A DNA stretch of 64,000 nucleotides from a bacterium (GTDB lineage: Bacteria > Vulcanimicrobiota > Xenobia > Xenobiales > JADMJV01). The stretch lies in the NCBI GenBank assembly GCA_030149525.1, contig JASBRJ010000274.1:14160-78159 (forward strand). The letters are read 5' to 3'. The number at the start of each line of letters is the position of its first letter. Within the stretch, counting starts at the first letter, position 1. The notes under the pieces were generated by a model that had not been told where the DNA came from, made no database searches, and saw only the letters and a program-made list of their open reading frames with translations. Shown piece by piece: positions 38,253 to 48,884 of the stretch. The position numbers and the translations under genes are program-made.

Positions 38253-40514
38253 ATGACGAACTCAGCATCAAATAAATCCGTATCATCACTCACCCTGGCT
38301 CTCAGCGGAGTAGGCTGCGCTTCCTGTATCGCTAAGATTGAGAACGCCCTGGCTTCAGTGGACGGGGTGAAAACGGCGGCCGTGAACCTTGCCGCCAAAA
38401 CCGTCCTCATCGAGTCGGACCAACCAAGGCCGAACCCGGCTCCTATGATTGCGGCGGTGGAAAAAGCCGGATACGGAGCCACTCTTTTGAAGAAAGACGA
38501 GCCCGCCGAGGGCCCGTCGGTGGAAGAAGAGCTATCTCATCTGAAGTCTCAAACGCTGCTGGCAGCCATCCTCACTCTGCCCGTCTTTATTCTGGAGATG
38601 GGCTCCCATCTTTATCAACCGTTCCATCATTGGGTGATGGCGAGTCTCGGTCAGAGCATGAGTTGGGGAGTCCAATTTCTTCTTACCACTCTGCTTCTAC
38701 TCGGCCCCGGAAGGCGCTTTTTTACCCACGGTCTCAAGGCGCTCTTCCAGCGGAGCCCCTCCATGGACAGCCTGGTAGCCCTGGGAAGCGGTTCGGCTTA
38801 TGTCTACTCGCTGGTGGCCACCTTTCTTCCAGGCGTCCTGCCCCAAGGCACGGCTCAAGTTTACTACGAGTCCGCCGCTCTCATCATCACCCTGATCCTG
38901 GTTGGTCGTTACTTCGAGGAAAAAGCGAAGGGGCGAACCGGCGAGGCCATCGCCAAGCTCATGGACCTGAACCCCAAAACAGCCCGAGTGGAACGAAACG
39001 GAGAGTTCGTGGAAGTGCCTCTAGCCTCGGTTGTGGTGGAGGATCGCATCCAGGTGAGACCGGGAGAGACGGTCCCCGTGGACGGCACGGTGGAAAGCGG
39101 TAGCTCATTCGTCAATGAAGCCATGATCACCGGTGAGTCGGTGCCCGTTGAGAAGAGCGAGGGGGCCACCGTCATCGGAGGAACTCTCAATCAAAAAGGT
39201 TCCTTCATCTTCCGCGCTACAGGCGTAGGGGAAGACACCATGCTCAGCCGCATCATCGATCTGGTGGGTCGGGCCCAGTCGTCCAAGCTTCCTTTGCAGA
39301 CGGCCGTCAATCAGGTCACCGCCTGGTTCGTCCCGGCCGTCCTTGTCATCGCTTCTGTCACCTTTCTCGTGTGGTTACAGTTCGGTCCACAACCGGCGCT
39401 CAACCACGCTCTGGTGGCCGCCGTCTCGGTTCTCATCGTGGCATGTCCTTGCGCTATGGGACTGGCCACTCCCACCTCGATTATGGTAGGGGTGGGGCGA
39501 GGGGCTGAGTCGGGGCTATTGTTTAGAGGGGGAGAGGCACTGCAAACTCTCAAGAACTCTAGAGTGGTTGCCTTCGATAAAACGGGGACTCTCACCAGAG
39601 GCCAACCCGCCCTCACCGACTTTCAACTTCTTCACCCGGCAGAGCAAGACACTGTCCTGAGACAGATCGCCTCCCTGGAGAGCGGTTCGGAACACCCCAT
39701 CGCTCAGGCTCTGGTGGACGGGGCAGAGGAGAGGGGTCTCAAAGTTGTGCCACCCCAGGAGTTCGAGAGTCTCACTGGGCTGGGTGTTCAGGGCAAGGTG
39801 GACGGTGTGACAATTCGGGTGGGCTCGGCCTCCTGGATGAGAACCCTGGGTCACTCCCTTGACAAATCCCTAAACGACTTCAACACTCTAGCCTCCTCCG
39901 GAAAATCGGCCCTCTACGCCGAGATCGACGGACAACTGGCAGCGCTTGTGGCCGTGGCCGACCCACTAAAAGACTCCACCCGGGCCGCAGTGAAACAGCT
40001 ACAAGAATCGGGCTTCAAGGTGGCCATGCTCACCGGAGACAACGGGGAAACGGCTCGGGCCATCGCCCGCCAGTGTGGAATCGACGAGGTGAAAGCGGAG
40101 CTGAGCCCCGAGGGCAAGGTCAAGGCGATTGAGGAGTTGCAACGACAGTTCGGTCAGGTGGCCTTCGTGGGCGACGGAATCAACGACGCCCCGGCTCTTG
40201 CCACCGCAGAAGTGGGTCTTGCCATCGGCTCGGGCACCGACATCGCCATAGAATCGGCCGATATCGTTGTCCTCTCCCAGGATCTCACAGCAGTGGCAAG
40301 AGCGGCTGCACTCAGCAAAGCCACTCTCAAAAATATCTGGCAGAACCTGTTCTGGGCCTTCGCCTACAACGTGGTGTTGATCCCGGTGGCCGCAGGCGCT
40401 CTCTATCCCACCGCAGGGATACTGCTCTCACCGGCTCTTGCCGCAGGAGCCATGGCGTTCTCCAGCGTGTTTGTGCTGCTCAACGCACTCCGACTGAAAG
40501 GTGTCAAATTATGA
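38253..40514 (+). CDS. copA: Cu(I)-translocating P1B-ATPase
   Basis: CASC HMA domain, TGES, CPC, DKTGT, SEHP, GDGINDAP, YN and MAFSS. Confidence 0.95.
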   Translation: MTNSASNKSVSSLTLALSGVGCASCIAKIENALASVDGVKTAAVNLAAKTVLIESDQPRPNPAPMIAAVEKAGYGATLLKKDEPAEGPSVEEELSHLKSQTLLAAILTLPVFILEMGSHLYQPFHHWVMASLGQSMSWGVQFLLTTLLLLGPGRRFFTHGLKALFQRSPSMDSLVALGSGSAYVYSLVATFLPGVLPQGTAQVYYESAALIITLILVGRYFEEKAKGRTGEAIAKLMDLNPKTARVERNGEFVEVPLASVVVEDRIQVRPGETVPVDGTVESGSSFVNEAMITGESVPVEKSEGATVIGGTLNQKGSFIFRATGVGEDTMLSRIIDLVGRAQSSKLPLQTAVNQVTAWFVPAVLVIASVTFLVWLQFGPQPALNHALVAAVSVLIVACPCAMGLATPTSIMVGVGRGAESGLLFRGGEALQTLKNSRVVAFDKTGTLTRGQPALTDFQLLHPAEQDTVLRQIASLESGSEHPIAQALVDGAEERGLKVVPPQEFESLTGLGVQGKVDGVTIRVGSASWMRTLGHSLDKSLNDFNTLASSGKSALYAEIDGQLAALVAVADPLKDSTRAAVKQLQESGFKVAMLTGDNGETARAIARQCGIDEVKAELSPEGKVKAIEELQRQFGQVAFVGDGINDAPALATAEVGLAIGSGTDIAIESADIVVLSQDLTAVARAAALSKATLKNIWQNLFWAFAYNVVLIPVAAGALYPTAGILLSPALAAGAMAFSSVFVLLNALRLKGVKL

Positions 40515-40936
40515 GTTATTCCATCAGCGAAGCGGCTGAAAAGTCAGGCATATCGGCCAAGATGATCCGATACTACGAGAAGACCGGCCTGGTGCCGCCC
40601 GCCCAACGGGCCGACTCCGGCTACAGAAAATACTCCGACAAAGCGATTCACCGGCTCCAGTTCGTCCGTCGAGCCCGCGACCTGGGGTTCTCGGTAAAAG
40701 ATATCGAAGAGCTGCTGGCTCTGTGGAGCGACCAGAATAGAGCCAGTGCCGACGTTAAGAAACTGGCCGAGGGTCATGTCCACGCCCTTCGTGAGAAAAT
40801 GGACGAGATTCAACAGATGGTAGACACCTTGCAACATCTCATCGAATGCTGCCACGGCGACGACCGGCCCGACTGCCCCATCATCGAGAATCTCGGTCAC
40901 CCCGAACAGACCAGGAACTCCACGCTGAACACATAA
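40511..40936 (+). CDS. cueR: Cu(I)-responsive regulator
   Basis: SAKMIRYYE; CCHGDDRPDCPII. Confidence 0.95.
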   Translation: MSYSISEAAEKSGISAKMIRYYEKTGLVPPAQRADSGYRKYSDKAIHRLQFVRRARDLGFSVKDIEELLALWSDQNRASADVKKLAEGHVHALREKMDEIQQMVDTLQHLIECCHGDDRPDCPIIENLGHPEQTRNSTLNT

Positions 40937-40949
40937 ACCCGCCCGACCC

Positions 40950-42521
40950 GTGAAATGGTTCCTCGCCATATTGTCAGGCTTCATGCTGTTTCTGGCCACC
41001 GCGCCGAGACCCATGTTCTTTTTGGCCTGGCTAGCTTTCGTGCCCCTTTTGTGGGCGCACCGTAACTCCACGGTGAAGAGGGCTTTCTTACTCGGCTGGG
41101 TGGCCGGTATTGTGGCCAACTTCGGAAACTTCTACTGGATCTATGAGCTGGTTGTGGCTCACTCGGCAATCCCTGCCGTGGGTGGGATTCTGGTCACCCT
41201 GCTTCTGGCTATCCAGCAGGGCCTCAAGGAAGCGATTTGGCTGGGAGCGGCCCGCTACCTGGGTGACAAATTAGCCCCCGCCGCCGTTACCTACTCGGTG
41301 GTCTACGTGGCGGTGGAGTTTCTCTATCCCATCATTTTTCCCATTCATCTGGGAGACACCCAGGCCTACTCGCTTTACACCCGACAGGTTATGGATATAG
41401 CCGGTCCGGCTGGTTTGAGTGCGGTTATCATGGCGTTCAATCTGACCCTTTTCCAGTTTCTCGACCAGAAGCGCCGCCCCCGGTATCTCGCTGCCGCCGC
41501 CGCCATTCTCGTCGGCACCCTGGGATACGGGTACGCCCGGGTGGTGCAATACGACCGAATCATCGCCCGGGCCGACAAAATTCGAGTGGGGATGGTGGAG
41601 AACAATATCGGGGTGGGCCAGACCACCATGGAAACGGCCCGTAGGCAGATTATGCTTGCCGCTCAGCTTGCCGCCACCGAGAACCCTGATCTTATCGTCT
41701 TCCCTGAAACGGCCATCAAGACGCCGCCGCCAACTCATAAGGTCGGCGACTTCATCGCCCCCTCGGCAAGTTCTCGTTTTTACCCCCTCTCCATGACAGA
41801 ATCGGCGCAAAACGAGATTTACTCTGTACAGCAGGGATACAACACCCCTGTTCTCTTCGGTTCCACTGCCATCGACCCCGACCGACCAGGCCCAGTCCCC
41901 GGCCGCCCCGCTCTGTTCAACGGAGCCTTTCTGCTCGATGAGAACGGCAAAGTTCTGGGCACGGCCCTCAAGAACAAGCTGCTCATGTTCGGCGAGTACG
42001 TCCCCGGCTCGTCCTGGTTCCCCTGGATTTACAGTGAGGTCCTCACCAAGGCCTCGGCTCTTTATCCAGGTGAGCAGCCATCGGCCATTCCCTTCAACGG
42101 TCACAAGATCGGCGTCTCCATCTGCTATGAGGACATCCTGCCCGGATTCTCCTATGAGCTTTTGCAGAAGAAGCCCAATCTGCTGGTGAATCTCACCAAC
42201 GACGGTTGGTTTGGGAAAACCGCCGAGCCTTACACCCATTTGGCGCTTGCTCAGGCAAGGGCCGTGGAATCCAGGCTGTTTATGGTCCGCTCGACCTGTA
42301 CTGGGGTGAGTGCTTACATCGATCCGTTAGGCAGGGTACTTTCCCAGAGCGATATCGACGAGCCGGAAGTGATGGTGGCCGAGGTTGCGTGGCTCAAAGG
42401 GGGGAGTCTGTTCTCCGTCATTGGGCTCTATTTCCCCTGGCTTTGCGTTTTACTCACAGTATCGTCGATTTGGTGGACCAGGAGAAGCCGGAAGGGGTAT
42501 GAGGCTCCAAAGAGAATATAA
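40950..42521 (+). CDS. lnt: Apolipoprotein N-acyltransferase
   Basis: FPETA, KNKLLMFGEYVP, ICYED, NLTNDGWF. Confidence 0.93.
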   Translation: MKWFLAILSGFMLFLATAPRPMFFLAWLAFVPLLWAHRNSTVKRAFLLGWVAGIVANFGNFYWIYELVVAHSAIPAVGGILVTLLLAIQQGLKEAIWLGAARYLGDKLAPAAVTYSVVYVAVEFLYPIIFPIHLGDTQAYSLYTRQVMDIAGPAGLSAVIMAFNLTLFQFLDQKRRPRYLAAAAAILVGTLGYGYARVVQYDRIIARADKIRVGMVENNIGVGQTTMETARRQIMLAAQLAATENPDLIVFPETAIKTPPPTHKVGDFIAPSASSRFYPLSMTESAQNEIYSVQQGYNTPVLFGSTAIDPDRPGPVPGRPALFNGAFLLDENGKVLGTALKNKLLMFGEYVPGSSWFPWIYSEVLTKASALYPGEQPSAIPFNGHKIGVSICYEDILPGFSYELLQKKPNLLVNLTNDGWFGKTAEPYTHLALAQARAVESRLFMVRSTCTGVSAYIDPLGRVLSQSDIDEPEVMVAEVAWLKGGSLFSVIGLYFPWLCVLLTVSSIWWTRRSRKGYEAPKRI

Positions 42522-42543
42522 CTCAGTAGAGGGATAGGACGTC

Positions 42544-42963
42544 ATGAGAACCCCGACGATGGGACTAAGGGGGGGTTTTGCACTGACACTTGAGCTACTC
42601 TTAGGAATGGTAGTTCTCCTTTTATCAATCCTGGCATTGTTTACCCTGTTCCCATCTGCCGACAGGGCCATCGTGAACGCCGATCATCGAACCCAGGCCT
42701 TGAGTCTTGCACGTCAGTTGATGGAGCAACAGATGGCCAAGCCTTATGCTTCGCTCCCTGTGGGGGCCACCAGCGGGAGCCAAACGCGCGACCATACTCA
42801 GCGTCGCGGAGCCAGGCCCGCTCACGAATACCTCTATTCCGTGGATGTGACCCAGCCGGACCCGTCAAAGGACATTAAGAAGGTCGTGGTTCAGGTGAAA
42901 TGGTCCCGTCAAGAGCGAAACTCCGAGGTGACTCTCGTTAGCTCCAAGGGGAGAATGTGGTGA
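42544..42963 (+). CDS. Type IV pilin-like (PilV-like) protein
   Basis: GFALTLELL prepilin-like N-terminus; KKVVVQVKW. Confidence 0.65.
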   Translation: MRTPTMGLRGGFALTLELLLGMVVLLLSILALFTLFPSADRAIVNADHRTQALSLARQLMEQQMAKPYASLPVGATSGSQTRDHTQRRGARPAHEYLYSVDVTQPDPSKDIKKVVVQVKWSRQERNSEVTLVSSKGRMW

Positions 42964-43574
42964 AGCGTCGAGGTTTCACGATCCTTGAGACCGTGCTTGT
43001 GATGAGTATCCTTTCCGGACTGATGCTGCTCGTGACGATCTTCTTTTCTCGGGCCCGCCACTACACTTCGGAGACGGAGACCTATTCGAGAGTCCAGCGC
43101 CAGGCTAACATTTGCATCAGGAAGTTGGCCGACGCTTTCTATTCGGCGAGCCGTAAGTATACTCAATACTACGGAAATTCCGTCATCTTCTTATCCAGCG
43201 ACCCAGTCCAATCCACCGACCCCAGGCTTGAGTTCGACCCACTTACCGGCAAAATCATGTGGAAAAAGTGGATGCTTTTCGCTCATGACGCGGCCAAGGA
43301 AGAAGTGTACTCGGAGCAGGTCCCTCTGGATAGTCCGACGGCTGAACTTCTGAACCTGCCGGCCCCGGATGTCGATCTCCCCTACTTTGCTTCCAACGCT
43401 TTGGCCACACGAAGAATAGTGGCCCGCAATGTGAAGGACTTCAACGTCCAGGGAACCGGTGTGAGCTTTATTGTCACCGTGACCTGTGAGGACAGTGCGC
43501 CGGTCCCGGGTAGGACCGACAACGACAAGATTGTGGAAGTCTCGGTGACATCCGAGATTTCCCTCCTAAACTAG
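42957..43574 (+). CDS. Prepilin-type (PilW-like) protein
   Basis: KRRGFTILE cleavage/methylation motif. Confidence 0.75.
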   Translation: MVKRRGFTILETVLVMSILSGLMLLVTIFFSRARHYTSETETYSRVQRQANICIRKLADAFYSASRKYTQYYGNSVIFLSSDPVQSTDPRLEFDPLTGKIMWKKWMLFAHDAAKEEVYSEQVPLDSPTAELLNLPAPDVDLPYFASNALATRRIVARNVKDFNVQGTGVSFIVTVTCEDSAPVPGRTDNDKIVEVSVTSEISLLN

Positions 43575-43588
43575 AATGAGGAGCCACG

Positions 43589-45304
43589 ATGAAACTCGGT
43601 AAAAAGCGGAAAAAGGGGTTTGTTCTACCGACCCTTGTTATGTTGACCATGGTGCTACTTCTATTGACCGGAGCCGTTCTCGATCTGGGGACAGTCGGGC
43701 TTCGTACCGCAACCCTGGACCAACAAACGGAGACGGCCCTGTACGCCGCCGAGGCCGGTCTTGTTCAAGCCGCCGAGGAGTACACCACCAACGGTGAGTT
43801 TAGCGGGACCTTCAAAGGCACGCTGGCAGAGAACGACTCTTCCTTCGAGGTCGAACTCTACACTAACGATACTCCCGGTCCGGCCACGCTTCCCAACGGA
43901 GTTCAGATTCCGGAACAAACAGTCTATTTTCGTTCGACGGGAATCAGCCCGAACGGTACCAGAAAAGAGTGCGGTGCCCTCTTTCGCAAAGGGCTGGGCT
44001 CGTTCCAGGTGGGAGCCCTGGCCAATAGCCTTACGGCTCAGACCAGCCAATTGGATGCCTACAATTCCGACAACGAAGCTCCCGGTTACAGTGGTCCCGG
44101 GTTTGACCCTGCCGCCGCTCAAAGCAACCGTGCTATCGTCGCCAGCAATGAGGGATCGGGGACCGTCTTCGATCTTCAAGACACGACCGTCAAAGGAGCC
44201 GTCTACGTTGGACCAGGGGGAGACCCCAACGCTCAAATCGCGAAGTCCGGCAGCACCGTAGTTGCCAGCGCCGGGGCTCTAACCTCTCCTATTGATCCGG
44301 AGGATGTGGTGGTGCCCACGCTGCCTGATGGAGCGAGTGGCAACGGTGCCGGTTCAGGGACCTCCCCGGGCTCTATTCCTCCCCAAGTTGTTACACTTGC
44401 GAATATGACCGTCAATGTGCAGGCCAACGGAAATATCCAATTTTCGAACTCTTGTTTCTCCATGACGCTTCAGCCCAACGGGAATTTCACCGCAACGGAG
44501 AATCCAGGGAGCCCGTTTGCCGGAGGGACACTTTCCACCACAGGAAATATTTACGACATCCAGGCCGGCGCCTCTCCTACATCGAGTTCGGGCTCTAATA
44601 AAAATGGTGGTACCGGATTCAATATTACTGCGAGCCCATCGAGCTTTGGGATAGCAGGAAGTTGGCATAACTTCAGCATCGATTCGTCGGGTATGATCAC
44701 GGCCGACAATGGACCGAGTGGGCTGGTGGGGAGTTCCTCCTCAGGGTATCTGTCAACAACAACTCTTTCCGCACCGCCATGGCTGACCAGCGTCCTGACC
44801 GGTGGGGCTAGCGAGAACGACGCCGACAATCCCCTGGATCTTGAGCCGGGAGCATACGACGAAGTCAATATCGACGCCATTGCTAGCCGATTGACCGATG
44901 ACGGAACCTATGTGATAAAGCGACTCAACGTCACTGACGGCGGCTCCCTCGAACTTCCCGCCGGGAGCGACAATGTCACCATCTATGTGACTGAGTCTCT
45001 GTCTATTGAAGGGGAGAACGCTATCGTCAACACTTCGAGGAAGGCTCCCAATCTGAAGATCTACTACACCGGCACGGACCCCGTGAAGGTGGCGGGGGGT
45101 TCCCAGGCGTTCTTTACCCTACTGGCAGAAGATGCCGATGTGACCCTCGAGGGGCCCAACGCCACTCCCAGTGAATTCTACGGAGCTCTGGTGGGCCGGA
45201 CTGTCACCATCAACAATGCAAACTTCCACTACGATGTGGCCACTGCGGGGATAGGAACGGGAACCGATTCGTCTACGCTCACGCTCCTGAGTCGCCATCG
45301 TTAG
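43589..45304 (+). CDS. PilX-like protein with a large beta-rich C-terminus
   Basis: KKGFVLP..ALYAAEAGL. Confidence 0.72.
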   Translation: MKLGKKRKKGFVLPTLVMLTMVLLLLTGAVLDLGTVGLRTATLDQQTETALYAAEAGLVQAAEEYTTNGEFSGTFKGTLAENDSSFEVELYTNDTPGPATLPNGVQIPEQTVYFRSTGISPNGTRKECGALFRKGLGSFQVGALANSLTAQTSQLDAYNSDNEAPGYSGPGFDPAAAQSNRAIVASNEGSGTVFDLQDTTVKGAVYVGPGGDPNAQIAKSGSTVVASAGALTSPIDPEDVVVPTLPDGASGNGAGSGTSPGSIPPQVVTLANMTVNVQANGNIQFSNSCFSMTLQPNGNFTATENPGSPFAGGTLSTTGNIYDIQAGASPTSSSGSNKNGGTGFNITASPSSFGIAGSWHNFSIDSSGMITADNGPSGLVGSSSSGYLSTTTLSAPPWLTSVLTGGASENDADNPLDLEPGAYDEVNIDAIASRLTDDGTYVIKRLNVTDGGSLELPAGSDNVTIYVTESLSIEGENAIVNTSRKAPNLKIYYTGTDPVKVAGGSQAFFTLLAEDADVTLEGPNATPSEFYGALVGRTVTINNANFHYDVATAGIGTGTDSSTLTLLSRHR

Positions 45305-47958
45305 TCGTGGCGTGACAGACGGTTTTCTACCGCGGACTCAGGTAAGCAATAAGCGATCTGTGTGCGCGCTTGGGTGGAAAGCTGAGCGGCCTCCCGAAAA
45401 TCCCCACCGCCAGGTTCGAGAGTTGAGAGATAGGTGACTCGAATCTCGCCTTTGCCTGCCACCCACTCTCCCTGAGGGAGAATCCGACGGCTGCCCGAGA
45501 TGGCAACCGGTTGAAGCCGGGCACCTGTCTGAACACAAGCCTGGAAAGCCCCGATGGCAAAGCCTCGGAGGCCGCTGGAGTGCTCGATTCCGCCCTCGGG
45601 AAAGACGGCAAGACAAGAGCCGTTATCCAGGGCCGCCGTCAGTTGCTGAAGAGCCTCTTCCGCTTGCCCCTTACCCCGTCGGACCAACAGCTGGGCCCGA
45701 GAGACTCCCTTTAGCAGGGGATGCTTGGCGGCCGATTCTGCCATGGCAAAGCGCAGGGGCTCACCTTTCCAGGTGGCCAGGATGATGAGCGCATCGAGCA
45801 AGCTGGCGTGATTGGAAACCACCATCAGCGGGCCCGCTCCAAACGGTTCGCCTTCGACCTCGATGGAGATACCCAGTCGTCGAAAGAGCTTTTGAGTAGC
45901 TTCGCCGATGTCTTTCTTAAACAAGCTGATATCCATCCAGCAATTGAGCATATGGGCCCAGCACCAGACCCCTCGGAGAGAGCGTCTGATTCGCGACGGG
46001 GCGATTCGTAGCCAGCCGGACGCCGCCGTGAGGAGACTCTTCAGCGACAATTTTGGCGGCTTGAGATTGCCGTTCTGAAAGCGCCTCTTGCTTTCCTGAC
46101 GCCGAATTTTACCGCTGGGGGTTTTGGGAAGTGTGCGGGGGGAAAGCAACGCCACTTCGCAGGGAACCGAAGCCAGATGGCTCACACAGCGTTGAATCTC
46201 CGTTTTGAGATCGGATGTGCCCTTACGAACCTCGGCCAGAATCAGAACCTTCTGGGTTCCCTCCGATTCGATGCCTACGGCAGCCACACAACCGGGGCGG
46301 ACTCCGGGGAGCCGGCCCACCTCGGCTTCAAGATCGCTCGGATGGATGTTGCGCCCGCCCACCACGATGAGATCTTTAGAGCGTCCCGTGATGTAAAGCT
46401 CCCCCTCCCAGAAAAAACCGAGGTCGCCCACCCGCAGCCAGTCGTTTACCGGTTCAAGGCCCAGATAGCCGCTCATCACTGAATCACCCCGAATCTCTAA
46501 GTGACCTTGATGTCCCTCGGGGAGTAGCTTGCCGTTCTCGTCCACGATACGGACTTCCATATCGTTCACCAGTCGTCCGCAAGAGGCGATCTCATCTTCG
46601 CCTTCGACCACTTTCCCCTGTTCATGGAGAGCCTGTCGGTCTAACTTGAGGGTCTTGAGTCCCCGGTTTTGAGGAGTGAAGCTCACGGCAAGGGTGGCTT
46701 CCGCCAGACCGTAGGCGGGAAAGGCGGAACTCTCCCGGAAACCGTAGGGTGCGAAACGTTTATTGAAGGCTCGAACGGTGGAGGGGATGACCGGTTCTGC
46801 GCCGTTGAGAGCGATCCGCCAAGAGCTAAGATCTAAACCCTCGAGATCGGAGTCTTCCAGCTTGTGAGCACAGATGGCGTAGGCGAAGTTGGGGGCGGCG
46901 GTCATACTCCCCTTATAGTCGGAGAAGGCTCGAAGCCATCGAACCGGTCGACTGAGAAACTGATCCGGGCCCATGACGACGAGGGGGCAGCCGTAGACGA
47001 AGCTCACCAAAGCCATACCGATAAGCCCCATATCGTGATAGAGGGGTAGCCAACTCACCATCACGTCGCCTTCGGAAATCCCAAAACCCTCACCGATGGC
47101 CCAAATGTTGGTCAGCAGATTGCGGTGAGTCAGTGGGACGCCTTTGGGGTTTCCCGTGCTTCCCGACGTGTACTGGAGGAGAGCGATCTCATCTCCTTTC
47201 GCAGGGTAAACAGGAGCCGGGGCGGAGCGGCTGAGTTCTTTCACAGATGTGATTCGCTCCAGACTGCTTCTGCCTTCCAGGACCGCTGTAACGGGAGTGA
47301 ACTGGGGCAGTGTGATCAACACACGAGCCTGGCAGTTTCCTAAAATAGCATCCTGGCGAGCGAGGAAGTCTTCGAACTGGTCGAGTCGTAGGGGGGGGTA
47401 GAGAGGCACGGCCACGGCACCGGCGTTGAGGATGCCGTAGAAGGCGACAAAAAAGTCGACGCTCGTGGGAAGCATGATGGCGACCTTGTCGCCCGGTTGA
47501 ACTCCCAGGGTCTGCAAACCGGCGGAAATCTTACGAGCCTCGAGTAGGAACTCCGCATAAGACGGGGTAGCCACTTCCTGGTCTTGATGCAGCAGCACGT
47601 AGGCGGCCTCTCGCCCCTGCTGTTCATTCTGATATTGCAGCGCCTCCAGAAGGCTCTTGGCATGGCGAGGAAGCTTGGGAAGAATTCTCTGATGGAGAGT
47701 CGTTGAAGAACGAGATTCTATCCTCTCATTGAGTTCTCCGAAGAGATCGCTCACATATCGAGCGGTGAAAACAGACTGCTCCTCAATACTGCGCCCCAAA
47801 CGTTTCTCCAAGCGGCGGATGAGTTCCAATCGTTCCAGACTTCCCAGACCGAGTTCGACTTCAAGCTCGGTGGTGGGGGTTGGGCTAGGATGGTGAGGGG
47901 AGAGTTCTCCGGAGATCTCCCCTACAACGTCTAAAATGATCTGCTTCTCGTTGTTCAC
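45301..47958 (-). CDS. ACP, fatty acyl-AMP ligase and PlsC acyltransferase fusion
   Basis: LGLGSL ACP serine; YTSGSTGNPKG, WLPLYHDMGLIG, YGLAE; NHASLLD and FPEG. Confidence 0.88.
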   Translation of the reverse strand: MNNEKQIILDVVGEISGELSPHHPSPTPTTELEVELGLGSLERLELIRRLEKRLGRSIEEQSVFTARYVSDLFGELNERIESRSSTTLHQRILPKLPRHAKSLLEALQYQNEQQGREAAYVLLHQDQEVATPSYAEFLLEARKISAGLQTLGVQPGDKVAIMLPTSVDFFVAFYGILNAGAVAVPLYPPLRLDQFEDFLARQDAILGNCQARVLITLPQFTPVTAVLEGRSSLERITSVKELSRSAPAPVYPAKGDEIALLQYTSGSTGNPKGVPLTHRNLLTNIWAIGEGFGISEGDVMVSWLPLYHDMGLIGMALVSFVYGCPLVVMGPDQFLSRPVRWLRAFSDYKGSMTAAPNFAYAICAHKLEDSDLEGLDLSSWRIALNGAEPVIPSTVRAFNKRFAPYGFRESSAFPAYGLAEATLAVSFTPQNRGLKTLKLDRQALHEQGKVVEGEDEIASCGRLVNDMEVRIVDENGKLLPEGHQGHLEIRGDSVMSGYLGLEPVNDWLRVGDLGFFWEGELYITGRSKDLIVVGGRNIHPSDLEAEVGRLPGVRPGCVAAVGIESEGTQKVLILAEVRKGTSDLKTEIQRCVSHLASVPCEVALLSPRTLPKTPSGKIRRQESKRRFQNGNLKPPKLSLKSLLTAASGWLRIAPSRIRRSLRGVWCWAHMLNCWMDISLFKKDIGEATQKLFRRLGISIEVEGEPFGAGPLMVVSNHASLLDALIILATWKGEPLRFAMAESAAKHPLLKGVSRAQLLVRRGKGQAEEALQQLTAALDNGSCLAVFPEGGIEHSSGLRGFAIGAFQACVQTGARLQPVAISGSRRILPQGEWVAGKGEIRVTYLSTLEPGGGDFREAAQLSTQARTQIAYCLPESAVENRLSRHD

Positions 47959-48035
47959 CTGCGGGCCTTATTCAAGGGATTTAAGCATCCTTCTTTGAGC
48001 AACGCCTTCCTTTCGCACTCGTGTTCCAGTCCGGT

Positions 48036-48773
48036 CTAGGCCCGGTGACCATCGGACCCTGTCGCTCTAGCATATCCTTGTAAAAGCTCTAGCTGTCCGT
48101 TCTCAAGATCGGAGGGGTTGAGAGTGGAATCGAAACTCTCAATCCTCTTGAGTCCTTTCAAGATGGTTCGGTAGCCATGTCGCATCTCAACAAGCTCGAG
48201 TTCCTTATCCGGACACGTCTCTTTCGATATAGCCGACTTCAGTTTCCGGATCGCCTTCTGATACTTGCTCCTCATCTCGGAGATATGGTTTTTCCAGGTG
48301 TGATTGCGAATGGGTAGTTCGGCCACTTCTCGGCAAAGCTTCCGGAGAATGTGGAACTCATGGGGAAGCTCCGACTCGGGCTTTTCAAATTTCGGACGAG
48401 TGGAACAGTCCGCCGAGTCCAGCCGAGGGGGCACGCAGGATTTGAGTCGCCCGAGTGGCTCTCGAAGTTCGCTCAGAATAGACTCTAGTCGCGCGGGGGA
48501 AGGGTAGACCAGAAGCCCCTCCAGCTCTTCCGTGGACTGGATCAGTGACTGAAGATCGTCATACTGCTCCTGAATGTCTGCGGAATTCTCCTGAGCTTCA
48601 CATTCCAGACTCTCTTCAAGATTTGACTCAGCTACGGCGAGTGCCTGAAGAAACTTCGAAAGTGCGCGCTCCATTTCCGCTCGTTTCTCGGCGGGAGCAA
48701 GAACAAACTGACGGGCCAGACAGAGCACGGATTCAAATTGATTGCCCAAAGATCCTAATGCGGCCATAATCAT
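48036..48773 (-). CDS. Hypothetical helical protein
   Basis: 245-aa ORF with RBS. Confidence 0.55.
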   Translation of the reverse strand: MIMAALGSLGNQFESVLCLARQFVLAPAEKRAEMERALSKFLQALAVAESNLEESLECEAQENSADIQEQYDDLQSLIQSTEELEGLLVYPSPARLESILSELREPLGRLKSCVPPRLDSADCSTRPKFEKPESELPHEFHILRKLCREVAELPIRNHTWKNHISEMRSKYQKAIRKLKSAISKETCPDKELELVEMRHGYRTILKGLKRIESFDSTLNPSDLENGQLELLQGYARATGSDGHRA

Positions 48774-48884
48774 TCCTTTCTCCGACAGAGACTAGGGCAA
48801 GCCTTTCTAAACGGTTTTCTAAATGACGGTCTTGCTGTTTCCGCCAGGAAATACCGGAGGTGGTCGACGAAGTCACGCCGTCTG

